Assembly: GCA_037379345.1 (NCBI GenBank)
Contig: CM074514.1
Span: 744,001 to 808,000 of the forward strand
From: Perna viridis
Taxonomy: Eukaryota
Reading direction: 5' to 3'
Length of the DNA: 64,000 nucleotides
Part shown: piece after piece, positions 39,567 through 51,624 of the stretch
Layout: the number at the start of each line of letters is the position of its first letter
Numbering within the stretch: position 1 is the stretch's first letter
The notes under the pieces: generated by a model
What the model was told of the DNA's origin: nothing
The model's database searches: none
Seen by the model: only the letters and a program-made list of their open reading frames with translations
Made by a program: the position numbers and the translations under genes

Positions 39567-40007
39567 ATCAAGAAGTTCTTTCAATTTTTGTCAATTTTTT
39601 AAAAATAAAACTTCCTGATGAAAATTTTAAATGCATTTTGCTTACAGGTATTGAAGATAAAGGTCTCTAATTAACACACTGAAAGAAGAAAACTTTTTCA
39701 CCTTTAATATTGAATTTCAAATTTTGACTTACATTATGTCCAAACCAGTTGTTGTGTCCTCCATAATTATCTGTAAGTCCCTTTGCTCAAGTGTGTTAAA
39801 AATTAATATTATGACCACACATGCTTAAAGTGAACCGAGTTCAACATGCTGTGGTGTTATGATGCTGCACTCAGCGAAGGTGTTTATTTGTGATCATGAA
39901 GATTAACTCTTTATATCCCAATGACAAGTTGGTAAAACATCATTCATTTCCTGTGATAGATCATTGTATGTTTTTATGAAACAAATTGTTCTTAAGGCAG
40001 AAATTTA

Positions 40008-40715
40008 TAGGACAGATAGGGTCTACAACAAGGTCTGTTTAACAGGACAGGTAGGGTCTACAACAAGGTCTATTTAACAGGACAGGTAGGGTCTACAACA
40101 AGGTCTGTTTAACAGGACATGTAGGGTCTACAACAAGGTCTGTTTAACAGGACAGGTAGGGTCTACAACAAGGTCTATTTAACAGGACAGGTAGGGTCTA
40201 CAACAAGGTCTATTTAACAGGACAGATAGGGTCTACAACAAGGTCTGTTTAACAGGACTGGTAGGGTCTACAACAAGGTCTGTTTAACAGGACATGTAGG
40301 GTCTACAACACAGTCTGTTTAACAGGACAGGTAGGGTCTACAACACAGTCTGTTTAACAGGACAGGTAGGGTCTACAACACGGTCTGTTTAACAGGGTCT
40401 ACAACAAGGTCTGTTTAACAGGACTTGTAGGGTCTACAACAAGGTCTGTTTAACAGGACAGGTAGGGTCTACAACACAGTCTGTTTAACAGGACATGTAG
40501 GGTCTACAACACAGTCTGTTTAACAGGACATGTAGGGTCTACAACACGGTCTGTTTAACAGGGTCTACAACAAGGTCTGTTTAACAGGACAGGTAGGGTC
40601 TACAACACGGTCTGTTTAACAGGGTCTACAACAAGGTCTGTTTAACAGGACAGGTAGGGTCTACAACACGGTCTATTTAACAGGACATGTAGGGTATACA
40701 ACAAGGTCTGTTTAA
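40008..40715. repeat. 37-bp minisatellite, about 19 copies
   Basis: aggacaggtagggtctacaacaaggtctgtttaac. Confidence 0.93.
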
Positions 40716-40793
40716 CTCTATAACATCATTGTAGTATGTTTAATTTTCACAGGTCCATGACAGGGCCTCAATCAGAGTTCTTGATTTTTACAG

Positions 40794-41018
40794 GACCGTG
40801 ACAAAGCCTCAATGACAGTTCTCTGTAACCATGTTGTTGTATGTTTGTTTGCTGATGACAGATCACCTCTGATTGGGTTACGTAATTTAGTCATGCCATT
40901 GCGGGCCAGCAACTTTCACTATAAAGAGCTAAAGCATGTGGTGATTGTTGGAAACCAGGAATATCTAAAGCGAGAATGGAAAACTTTACAGAACTTTCCA
41001 AAGCTTTCAATATTACCT
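40794..41018 (+). CDS. KCNMA1: Slo1 exon, RCK2 ([21 protein letters not shown]...NFPKLSILP)
   Basis: ttttacag / gtaagt, 225 nt. Confidence 0.95.
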
Positions 41019-41329
41019 GTAAGTTAGCTGATAAATATATACAGCATTTGTAGATTTTGTATTGTCCATCATGGATTTGACAGTCACAAATTGAGTCTTT
41101 TGGCAACACATCAATAAATAGTTACTTGCAACTTATAAATCAAGGATAAATTTTCATATACAATAGTGTACAACGTCTTACGTAGGTAACTGTCAAAAGT
41201 TGCAATAGAAAACCTAAAAAGCAACTTCTGTGTTTGCTTAAAAAATATTAATTATCAGTTTTGCAATATTCTTTGAATTTAATCAAATCAACATATACAT
41301 GATATACATTTTACAGAATGTTTATCAAT

Positions 41330-41417
41330 TGTGTACGTCTGTTTTCTATGTCTGGTCTTTGTCCCTGATTACATTCTTTTGATTACCGCTATAACCTTGG
41401 TTCCCTTGATTTACTCT
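41330..41417 (+). mobile_element. Short 3'-end copy of the Penelope-like family, opposite orientation
   Basis: Reverse complement of the terminal block. Confidence 0.7.
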
Positions 41418-41917
41418 ATCAAACTATTTGAATCATTTTACAGAAAGTTTATCCAACTGTTTGAATCATTTTACAGAATGTTTATCCAACTACTTGAATC
41501 ATTTTACTGAATGTTTATCAAACTATTTGAATCATATGTTGCAGCCAACAGTTTTTATTTCTGGTCAAGGCTGATGGCTCAGTACTAAATATAAAGCCTA
41601 GTTGGTTTTGGTAAAAGGAAGTTATGATGTGAAGGTTCTAATGTATTAAAATGATTCAATAATGTAATTACATGTATATCACAAGGCTATTTTAATCAAT
41701 ATCATATTACCTGTTTTAGAAGAGATAATAGGTTGTATTTTAGGGTTGAATAGAGAGAAAGGTTTATATACAAACTTATGTACTTTCACTTTCTTATGAT
41801 CAAAACCTGTATTTTAAAGTAAGTCATAGTTAATATAGAACATGGAGTAACAAGAATTTCACTTATACATTTAATTGCTCAATGTTAATACTCAATTATG
41901 CTTTTCCTTTTTTTCAG

Positions 41918-42125
41918 GGTTCACCACTGAATCGTGCAAACTTACGTGCTGTAAATGTTAATCTCTGTGATATGTGTGTGATATTATCCGCTAAGGACAA
42001 AAACTTAGATGATCCACATCTCGTGGATAAGGAAGCTATTCTATGCTCACTAAATATAAAGGCAATGACATTTGATGACAGTATAGGACTATTACAGGCA
42101 TCTGCTCAAGGTGGTGGGGTTGGAG
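41918..42125 (+). CDS. KCNMA1: Slo1 exon, RCK2 ([25 protein letters not shown]...[10 protein letters not shown])
   Basis: ttttcag / gtcagt, phase 0-1; a weaker same-phase donor is possible after 42110. Confidence 0.92.
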
Positions 42126-42706
42126 GTCAGTATATCATCAAGAAGTGTATGTACATGGTCAGGCACATGAAAGAGATAAGGAAGTTCATTATTGTTGAAT
42201 ACCTGAAAGGGGAGATTTTTTATTGCATAACATTGCATGTTTACATTTTCTCCTAGGGGGGCCTATGAATTTTGATGAAGGATATGTAGATGAGCATGAA
42301 TGACAATAAAAGGGATATCTGCAAGGGGAGGTAATCAAATTTAAGGGTTTTACATCTTTTAAGTCCAAATTAAGAAGCAGTTGGTATCATCTGTTTGGGG
42401 CTTCCAGTTGAGGGAAGTGATTTATTTGAGTTCATGGGTCAGGTTGGTAAGTATGGTGATACATAAGGAATTTATCACGCTATTTAAAAATATTTATTGA
42501 CATCTGACCAAGAATTTATTTGCTCTTTGATCTAGATAAATGGTTGTATTCATGTAGTCATTACACTCAAGGTGTACATAGAGGCTGACAAATGGTGATG
42601 AAATGGATCTATTACCATAAGTTGAAATAAAATCTAAATCCAAAGCTACTATATATTTATAAGCTACATCTATGTAAATCTGTATAACTTTTTCTTCTTT
42701 TGATAG

Positions 42707-42805
42707 GTTTTCTGCCTCCAGGATTTTCACCTATAGGAAGTCCAGCGAAACAATCCCGGCGTGGTTCCGTATGTGGTTCTAATGTTCCACTCATCACAGA
42801 GTTAG
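42707..42805 (+). CDS. KCNMA1: Slo1 exon (FLPPGFSPIGSPAKQSRRGSVCGSNVPLITEL), contains RRGS PKA-type site
   Basis: cttttgatag / gtaagc, 99 nt, phase 1-1. Confidence 0.93.
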
Positions 42806-43315
42806 GTAAGCCAGGCGTGGTTCTGTATGTGGTTCTAATGTTCCATTCATCACAGAGTTAGGTAAGCCAGGCATGATTCTGTATGTGGTTCTAACATTCC
42901 ACTCATCACAGAGTTAGGTAAGCCAGGCACAGTTCCATATGTGGTTCTAATGTTCCACTCATCACAGAGTTAGGTAAGCCAGGCGTGGTTCTGTATGTGG
43001 TTCTAATGTTCCACTCATCACAGAGTTAGGTAAACCAGGCATGGTTCCGTATGTGGTTCTAACATTCCACTCATCACAGAGTTATGTAAGCCAGGCACGG
43101 TTCCATATGTGGTTCTAATGTTCCACTCATCACAGAATAAGGTAAGCCAGGCATGGTTCCGTATGTGGTTCTAATGTTCCACTCATCACAGAATTGGTAA
43201 ACCAGGCATGGTTCAGTATTTGGTTCCAATGTTCCACTGATCACAGAATTGGTAAACCAGGCGTGGTTCAGTATTTGGTTCCAATGTTCCACTGATCACA
43301 GACTTAGGTAAGCCA
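42758..43315 (+). repeat. 56-bp x10 array made of exon tail + donor
   Basis: Unit = last 48 nt of the exon + gtaagcca. Confidence 0.96.
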
Positions 43316-43469
43316 GTTAATCTTATTCTATTTTACAAATGATCTTCTTTACATTATCAAAATGTGGAGTAAAGATTTAAAATTTAGATATGTTTCCCAA
43401 AGTTAACTTTATTTAATTGTTCATTCTTCTATTATTTCAATAAAAACTGTAAAAGTTTTTTTTTTTCAG

Positions 43470-43600
43470 CTAATGACTCCAATGTACAGTTTTTGGATCA
43501 GGATGATGAAGATGATCCAGATACTCCACTATATATGACACAACCATTCGCCTGTGGTACAGCTTTTGCTGTCAGTGTGCTTGACTCTCTCATGAGTACA
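43470..43600 (+). CDS. KCNMA1: Slo1 Ca2+-bowl exon ([43 protein letters not shown])
   Basis: tttttcag / gtaagt, 131 nt, phase 1-0. Confidence 0.96.
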
Positions 43601-44080
43601 GTAAGTAACATACCTGTATGTGGTACACCATCTAATACCAGTAGGTTTGGCTCATTCATTAGTCCAATAAGTAACACCCAGGGGTTTCATTAATTTTTTG
43701 CAATGCAGGTACCTTTGGCTTTATACAAGGCACATTTTCATTATTTCCTTTTATAATCATGTATGAAACTTTAAATTCAGGAGGTACCTTTCAATAGCTT
43801 AGAAGGGTGAAAGTACCTGGTACTGCCTCTTAATGAAAGGTCTGTAACACCATCTGATACCAGTAAATTGGCTCTCTCATGTCATTGGTACAGTAAGTAA
43901 CACCCCTGTATGTAGTACACTATCTAATACCAGTAAGTTTAGCTCTCTCATTGGTATAGTTAGTAATATACCTGTATGTGGTTCACCATCTAATACCAGT
44001 AAATTGGCTTTCTCATCAGTACAGTAAGTAACATACCTGTATGTGGTACACCAATTTATACCAGTAAGCTTGGCTTGCTC
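43583..44080 (+). repeat. ~66-bp degenerate array made of exon tail + donor, interrupted by a MITE
   Basis: ctctctcatgagtaca|gtaagtaacatacctgtatgtggtacaccatctaataccagta recurs near 43872, 43942 and 44008. Confidence 0.85.
43679..43844. mobile_element. hAT-like MITE inserted in the donor-derived repeat
   Basis: Imperfect TIRs caggggtttcattaa / ttaatgaaaggtctg; (g)taacacc direct repeat on both sides. Confidence 0.65.
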
Positions 44081-45022
44081 ATTCTTATTGTCGTTATACT
44101 GCAATCTTTATCAAGTTTTAAAAGTAAAATGTGTTTATTGCATTTCTTCCCACTAGTGGCCCATGATAGTGATTCTATGATAAACAGGTCGTCGATGCAA
44201 GGGTAGGAAAGTAGGCCAAGCTAAAGTATTATATACTGTCAGTGACCGTATATCATCAAAAAAATGTACTGTCAATGCATTTTGGTAGCTCAATTAAATT
44301 TTTTGCAGTATTAATGTACATGAATGGCACTAGATGGCTCAAAACCTCACATATAATTACAGCAGTTGAATATCCATTTTTTTGTTTTTGATCCTTCAGG
44401 ATTATTATACTTTATGTCAATGGTTTATGTCAGGAACTTGCCTATATTTTATTCAAATTTAAAAAAAACATTTAAATAAAATGAACAATTTACAAAAAAA
44501 TGATCTAAATCTAAACAATAACAATTTTAATAGACATACTTAATACAAATTCATATCGAACTGTTTAGAATCAAGAAAGAATAAAATGTCTTCAAATTCA
44601 GGTCTCAGTATATTGTAACTGAAATTTTTATACATGTATATATATCTGTATATGCATGGACCTAAACCAATTATTGTTATTGTGTTGGAACCAATTTGTA
44701 AAATTATGTAATATAGGAAATGCTAATGTATAATAAGAGTTTTTATTTTACATCATGTAGTCTTCGATCTTTGAATTTTTTTCATGCTATAATTTTCATA
44801 AGAATAAAAAGTCTCCAGTGCTTACAGCACTTTGATTTTTTTGTGTTGCAGTAGCCAGATAATTGTTTTCTACTGGACTAACGTCATCATGCCAATATTA
44901 ACAATGTTTGTTTGAAATTATTTCAAAATGTTTATGCCTTTAGATAAACCAAGTCTTGAAAATATGTATTTGTGGATAAGAGATAAAACATTAAAAAAAA
45001 ACAATGTTATTTGTCTTTTCAG

Positions 45023-45217
45023 AGTTATTTCAATGATAATGCATTAACTTTAATCAGAACTCTAGTCACTGGTGGAGCTACACCAGAATTAGAACAAATA
45101 TTGGCTGAGGGTGCAGGTATGAGGGGTGGATACTGTACTCCCAGTGTATTAGCCAATAGAGATAGATGCAGAGTAGCACAGCTTTCATTATTTGAAGGTC
45201 CACTCTCAGGGTTTGGG
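45023..45217 (+). CDS. KCNMA1: Slo1 exon, RCK2 ([24 protein letters not shown]...GPLSGFG)
   Basis: ttttcag / gtaagt, 195 nt. Confidence 0.96.
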
Positions 45218-45444
45218 GTAAGTGTAGAGTTTAAAGAAAAGGTTTTTTTATGGTGGTATGCTTTTATGTCTTCCATTAGGGCACTAAGTTTACTGTATCA
45301 TGTTTATGATCTGTCCCATGAATTTTATTGCATTTGAAAAAAGACGAAATCAAGATGTTCATCAAATAAAACAGAATCTTAGACAGGGAAACACACACAA
45401 AATAGAAAAACAAATAATTATTTGCTACAGTACAATTTAACACA

Positions 45445-45885
45445 TACACAGTAGTAGAGAAACAAAGAATTGTCTGCTGCAGAATACATACACACACACA
45501 CACACACTCACACACACACAATAGTAGAGAAACAAAGAATTATTTGTTACAGAATATTTACACACATACACACACAGTAGTAAAGAAACAAAGAACTATT
45601 TGTTACAGAATACTTACACACATACACACACAGTAGTAGAGAAACAAAGAACTATTTGTTACAGAATACTTACACACATACACACACAGTAGTAGAGAAA
45701 CAAAGAACTATTTGTTACAGAATACTTACACACATACACACACAGTAGTAGAGAAACAAAGAATTATTTTTTACAGAATACTAATAGTAGAGTATCAAAG
45801 AGTTATATGCTACAGTGCAATCACACACACACACACACACATACATACACATTTGTAGAAAAACAAAGAATTATCTGCTACAATA
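45445..45885. repeat. ~57-bp minisatellite with embedded (CA)n
   Basis: cagtagtagagaaacaaagaactatttgttacagaatacttacacac. Confidence 0.85.
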
Positions 45886-45988
45886 CAATTATGCACACAA
45901 TTATGTTAACATTACTAGGAGGATTTTTTGTACTTTGCTTGTTCTACTTTGAAAGAGTATTGCTATTTATGTTTTGTACACCTTTTAG

Positions 45989-46159
45989 GAGGAGGGGAGC
46001 TATGGAGATTTATTTTTATATGCTTTAAAGAAATTAGGAATACTGATTATTGGCTTGTACCGTTTCCGTGATACTAGTGAATCGCAGACAAGTCCTTCAT
46101 CCAAACGATATGTGATAACCAATCCAGAGGCTAGTTTCAAATTATACTCCACAGATCAG
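45989..46159 (+). CDS. KCNMA1: Slo1 exon ([28 protein letters not shown]...[19 protein letters not shown])
   Basis: ccttttag / gtttgt, 171 nt, phase 0-0. Confidence 0.94.
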
Positions 46160-47382
46160 GTTTGTTGCAGTTATCTCCTTTTAACTCATGAAGAGATGAT
46201 CATTATTAACAAGCTTTTACAGAAATAGATGATAAATTAGAGGTTTTATTTTCCCTGGTTAAATCCTTATATGACATACTGTTAGTATTATTGCTTTTAT
46301 TTCTTTCATAAAATTAAGAATAGATTGTTGTGTTACTATAAATACTTCCACTGATGAATATTCATTTGTACTTGAATAGGATGTTATAGAAGTATAATTA
46401 AATTTCTTATTATGTTATAAAATAATAAAATTACAATAGAAATGCACACAAATATTCTGAATATTATCTATGTAAATTTGTATTGTTAATATTTATTTTT
46501 ATTTTAGTTGATTAAAGTTTTTGGCTTATTGTTCTGCTGAATGTTGTCATTTCTACAAATCAATCTTTTTTTCTTTTATAGTAGATGTATTAGTTTAAAG
46601 ATACATATATAGTTTTAAACGTCATTGTAATGAATGTTTTAACAAGACGTATATTAGCTATTCCTAATGATTTTGAACACGTCAGTTTTTTTTAGGCTAC
46701 TTACGCTATAACTTTTTATTTATATATTTCAAATTTTAATTGTCAATCGTCACATCTGTCATATTGTTGATAAAAAGTAATGAGGAAGTGAATTGGTCTT
46801 CAGAGTTTGTTTCAATCATTTCTGCTACACAAAAATAACATTGCATGTAGAAAGGAGAATAATTTCTTCTTGAAAACTTTGCCAGAATTGTAGTGATATG
46901 CATATCAAATAAGTTCCATCCACCAGTTGGTAGTCAGATATCACTAGAAATAAAGAACAATAACTCTTCCCAGAATTTTGGCACAAAGTAAGGAGCTAAC
47001 AAAAATAGAAATGGTGAAAACATTAAACCAGGTAATATATATTTTTTCAATCAGATTGGACAAATTCTGCCGTTAGTGCCTTTTGTGTTAAGAGAAAGTT
47101 GAGGAGTTCCAGTTGAATTTGTTTAGAACTTCTCTCATTCATTATTTTATTGTAAATCATTAAATATGAATTCTAAATTTCATTTTCAACAATTTTTTTG
47201 TCTAAATTTGATCAATGGAATGATATTGAACAATGAGAAGAAGTTTCAGGGACAAGATAGATAGCCCTTTCATTTTTATATTCTTCATTATTTGTTCAAT
47301 AAAGTGTAAATGTTATGTGTAACTTTAGATTTAGATTTGGTGTATTACTAAGAATTACTACCATAATCAAATGGGGTTGATC

Positions 47383-48420
47383 AAGAGTAATCAAGGAAAC
47401 CAAGATTTAAGCGGAATCCAAGAGAATGTAAACCAGGGACATAGACCAGACATGGAAAACAGAAACACACAACAAAGAACATAAAATAACCAAAATAATA
47501 CATACAAAGTAACAGAAATTAATGAGAAACTCGGACTACTTAAAACTGGAAGCACGGACCAGGTGCATCGGTAGAGTAAACATTTTCTGCCTTTCTAGAA
47601 ACATCCACCGATTTCCTCATAAAAAGTCGAGTCCAAGGTACACGTAAGTGGAAAGGAAAACTATGATACGTTGAACAAATCAGTTTTCATCGTTCAAAAG
47701 GATACACTTTAATGATACAGGAGTTCATGATGACGGCCATTAAACTTCTGTAGTGATGACTTCAATCTTATAGCAACATAACCCTGTTCCAGAAGCCTGA
47801 TTGTAAGAAGTCTAGTGCAATATGAAACGTCTGCATAGTTACGGCAAGCTCTGGCATAATATATGAGTTTTGATATGAAAATTCCATACGTAGGTGCTGA
47901 AGGGATGTTGCCACAGATGAAAGGAAAGTTGACAATACAGGATGAAAAGTCAACACGTTTGTGGTAAAGTTTGGTCAATAGTTTTCCTTTACCATCGATC
48001 TCAAAGTGTAGGTTAAGATATGAGGCTGACTTCAAAGTGTCTGTGGTATCCTTTATCTCAAGTTCTTTGGGGTATATGCAATTTATAAAATTCCTGAAAC
48101 TAGGATTGTTTAATGAAAATACGTCATCTATATTGTGAAAACTGAGATCAAAAGATCAAGCCAAACGATGTTCCTTCTTTTGGATCAGATCAGCTTTAAA
48201 GTCAGCATCATAAGAGGGAAGGAATAGGTCAGCCAGTAGAGGAGCACAATTTGTTCCCATTAGAATGCTGACCGTTTGTTGAAAAATGTGTCCACCACAC
48301 CGGACAAATATGTTGTTGACAAAAAAATCCAGTATTTTGAAAACATCTTCGGCAGTATATTTGGAAGATCATTTGGAATTGTTTTTTTTAACAAAGTATG
48401 AGGAATCTCTACCAAGAACT
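47383..48420 (-). mobile_element. 5'-truncated Penelope-like retroelement (RT at C-terminus, Naiad-like), pseudogenised
   Basis: Minus-strand RT motifs MGTNCAPLLADLFL, NIDDVFS and SASYLNL..KLYHKR..IVNFPF (ORF 47709..48035); shared 3' end ttcc(c/t)tgattactct. Confidence 0.85.
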
Positions 48421-48587
48421 ACACATACACCAAAGAATGGGTTATGTAATATATTTGTGTAAAAAAAACTAACTGTTTTGTGATTACTTGGGTTCCCTAA
48501 TCATGTCTTGGAATTTCTTACTGTATTTTAGTTTTATATCTTGCACACTTTTCTTGATGTATTTTATATGCTTTCTATTCTATTCAG

Positions 48588-48659
48588 GTTTTCTGTCTTG
48601 TTCCATGCAATTTTTCTCAAGGTCCAAAGCCTACTCTCAACGAAAAAAGTAAGATATGA
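48588..48659 (+). CDS. KCNMA1: Slo1 C-terminal exon A (VFCLVPCNFSQGPKPTLNEKSKI*; internal donor gtaaga after 48648)
   Basis: tattcag acceptor, phase 0; VFCL matches the last conserved Slo1 strand. Confidence 0.75.
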   Translation, partial: VFCLVPCNFSQGPKPTLNEKSKI

Positions 48660-49246
48660 TTCTTTATCAACCTTATATCCGTGTGGTCAAATTCTGCTGA
48701 TTACTTATCATATCCTACAATACAATTTCTCAAAAGGGTCAAAAGTTCACTTGCGATAATGTAGATATTTAATTTAAAGAAAACATTATAAAGGGTGATT
48801 AAAGATTTCTTTGGATTTTCTATTGTTTTCAACATAGTAGCTTTTATTTGCTAAAAACTCTAAAGAAATAGCAAGAATTTCATTAAAAAACATCTCAAAT
48901 AAAATTTTAAGGTGTGTTTAATAAAATTATTAGAAAAGAGTGGAGGTCACTGGGCAAAAATAGTGATGCTATGAAATAGATTGAACCAGAGGAGTCCGAA
49001 CATCTGACAAAAATGAGCAGCAAACATCCTTAAGAGAGCATTCCCTTGATTTCTCATATGGTGATTGCTGAAATGATATCAAATTACTTCATTTTATCTG
49101 TATAACATAAAAGGTTCTGGCAGGCTGGCAAACACCACATATCATTCAGTGGTTAAATATTAATTGGTGGCATTTCAAAATTTCATAAATCTCAATTTTT
49201 AAAGAAATGTGTATATTCTAGTGCATTTAGGTTATATAGACAATTT

Positions 49247-49942
49247 AAGAGTAATCAAGGGAACCAAGGTTATAGCGGTAATCAAAAGAATGTAATCCAG
49301 GGACAAAGGCCAGACATGGAAAACAGACATACACAACAAAGAACATAAAGTAACTAAAATCATACATACAAAGTAACAAAAGCAAATGAGCAACTCAGAC
49401 TCCACGAAAAACTGGGAGCATGGACCTGGTGCTTCGGTAGGGTAAACATTCTCTGCTTTTCTAGGAACACCCGCCGAGTTGCTAATAAAAAGTCAAGTCC
49501 AGGGTAGACAAACGAGGAAAAGAAAACTATGACCCGTCGAATTAATCAGTTTTCATGGTGCAGATGGATACACCATAACGATCCACGAGTTCATGATGAC
49601 GACCATAAAACTTCTGTAGTGGTGACTTCAATCTTATAGCAACATAACCCTGTTCCAGAAGCCTATTTGTTAGAGTTCTAGCGGGATACAAAAAGTCTGC
49701 GTAGTTTCTAGGCGAGCTCTGGCATAAAGTGTGAGTTGTGATATGAACACTCCATACGCAGGTGCTGAAGGGATGTTGCCACAGATGAAAGGAAAGTTGA
49801 CAATTCTGAATGAAAAGTCAACATGTTTGTCGTAAAGTTTGGTCAAAAGTTTTCTTTTACCATTGATTTGTAAGTGTAGGTCAAGATATGAGGCTGACCT
49901 TACAGTGTCTGTAGTATCCTTTATCTCAAGTTCTTTGGGGGT
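49247..49942 (-). mobile_element. Second 5'-truncated copy of the same Penelope-like family
   Basis: Collinear with 47383-48072. Confidence 0.85.
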
Positions 49943-51624
49943 AATCTAAGAAGATTTATTAGTTTAGGTTGCGAGAAAACCTTTATGGGTTAAATTTATG
50001 ATATGTGTGGTCAAAAAGGAGTAGAGACAGGAACCTTTTTTTTGCCCAAAATTATGACAAAAATTAAGATGTCATAAGTGTTTTAGATTCTTATTTTTAA
50101 ACATTTTAAAGTATGTAATCTTTAGTTTGAAAGTAAGTATTTCAATACAGTTTATTAGTTAAGAGTAAATAGAAAAAGAAAATCTATTTAAAAAAAGTTG
50201 CTCCATATACACAACGAAGATACTATACCATTTCTGAAGAAATATGAATTTTATCAACTGATAGAAGAAAAGCTACTTTACAGACACCAGGTTTCCCTGG
50301 TTATTATTAATGAGGTTGGTATTATTGATATCCCCTTATGTTACTACTTTTCTAAGCTCATTATAATCAGCAGAATTTCGACATACCTAGTGAGTTACAT
50401 TACCATCAACAAGTAGACACTTAATTGAGTGGGATACATTTTTTTTACATTCACTGTTTAATGCACTTTTTCTGTAGTATCAATAGATTATTTGCTGATT
50501 ATTTTAGAAGCTATTGACATGGTGCATGTATAATATGTTGGTCATCTATGAAATATATAATCATCGAAAGTCTAAAAAATGGTTAGGGAAATGAAGGTAG
50601 ACGATTTAATTTGGCTTCAGTCAACATTTTCCAGGAATTAACAATGGGATAAAGACTGATCACTATAGGGTCACTTATATGAGATTTTTTTTGTATACGA
50701 GTTTGGAAATAAACCATCATTTTACTTGAGTATGACAGAAATGTAACGTGTTTATAGAATTCAAGTCATTTTAACAAAAATCACATCAATATGAATCTCA
50801 TATACACTGGGTCTTCTGAATGAAAATTATTCTGACTTTAGACAAATCATATTTGTCCACGTTTCTTTGCCAGTGTCATATCGTATTATCGTTAACATTG
50901 AAGGATAAATTGCATCTGAAAGTCTATTCTTTTAAATATATGGAAAAATCGGATGTATTCTTTTATAAAATTAATTTACATTTTTTTTAAATCAAATCAA
51001 TCAAAAAACTTTTTTTTTCATTATTTACATTTTAAGGAATCATTTCTCCTATTTCATTTAATCCATTATAAGCAAAATGTATATGTGCATAAATGCTCTA
51101 TTTTAGGATAAAACGTCCCAGGACGAACAGGTTTTCAAGATCACGCTATACAATATTTATTCAACAAACTGAAAATGTCAACAAATATTACTTCATTTGA
51201 GTTATTTCATTCCCTTCAACACAAACAGCACCCGAACTTATAAAATACATATCACACAGCAGTATTGTTTTCACCTATTATGATATTGTGTGCTTGTCAT
51301 TTTTGTTTGTTACTTGTAAAGCTTATGATCGTTATTGATTTACAGAACTGTTGAAACTAATTGAGAAATGAACTTCATGAAGGTAATAGTTTGGGTTTTT
51401 AACACTAACCAGACTAACTGTTTGAATGCACGTTGTCTATTTTAACACCCAGTAAGACAATCGGAGGCAATCAGAATAAAATTCTGGTTCAGACGTAATC
51501 TATTGATTTGAAGAAAAAAAAAACGGATTTTTCATTCTATGTGATAACACTTACTGGGTTTATCCTTTAAAACAAATAGCACTTTACATATAAACACGCC
51601 ATCCTAGCGTTTGATCCGTAGGGA

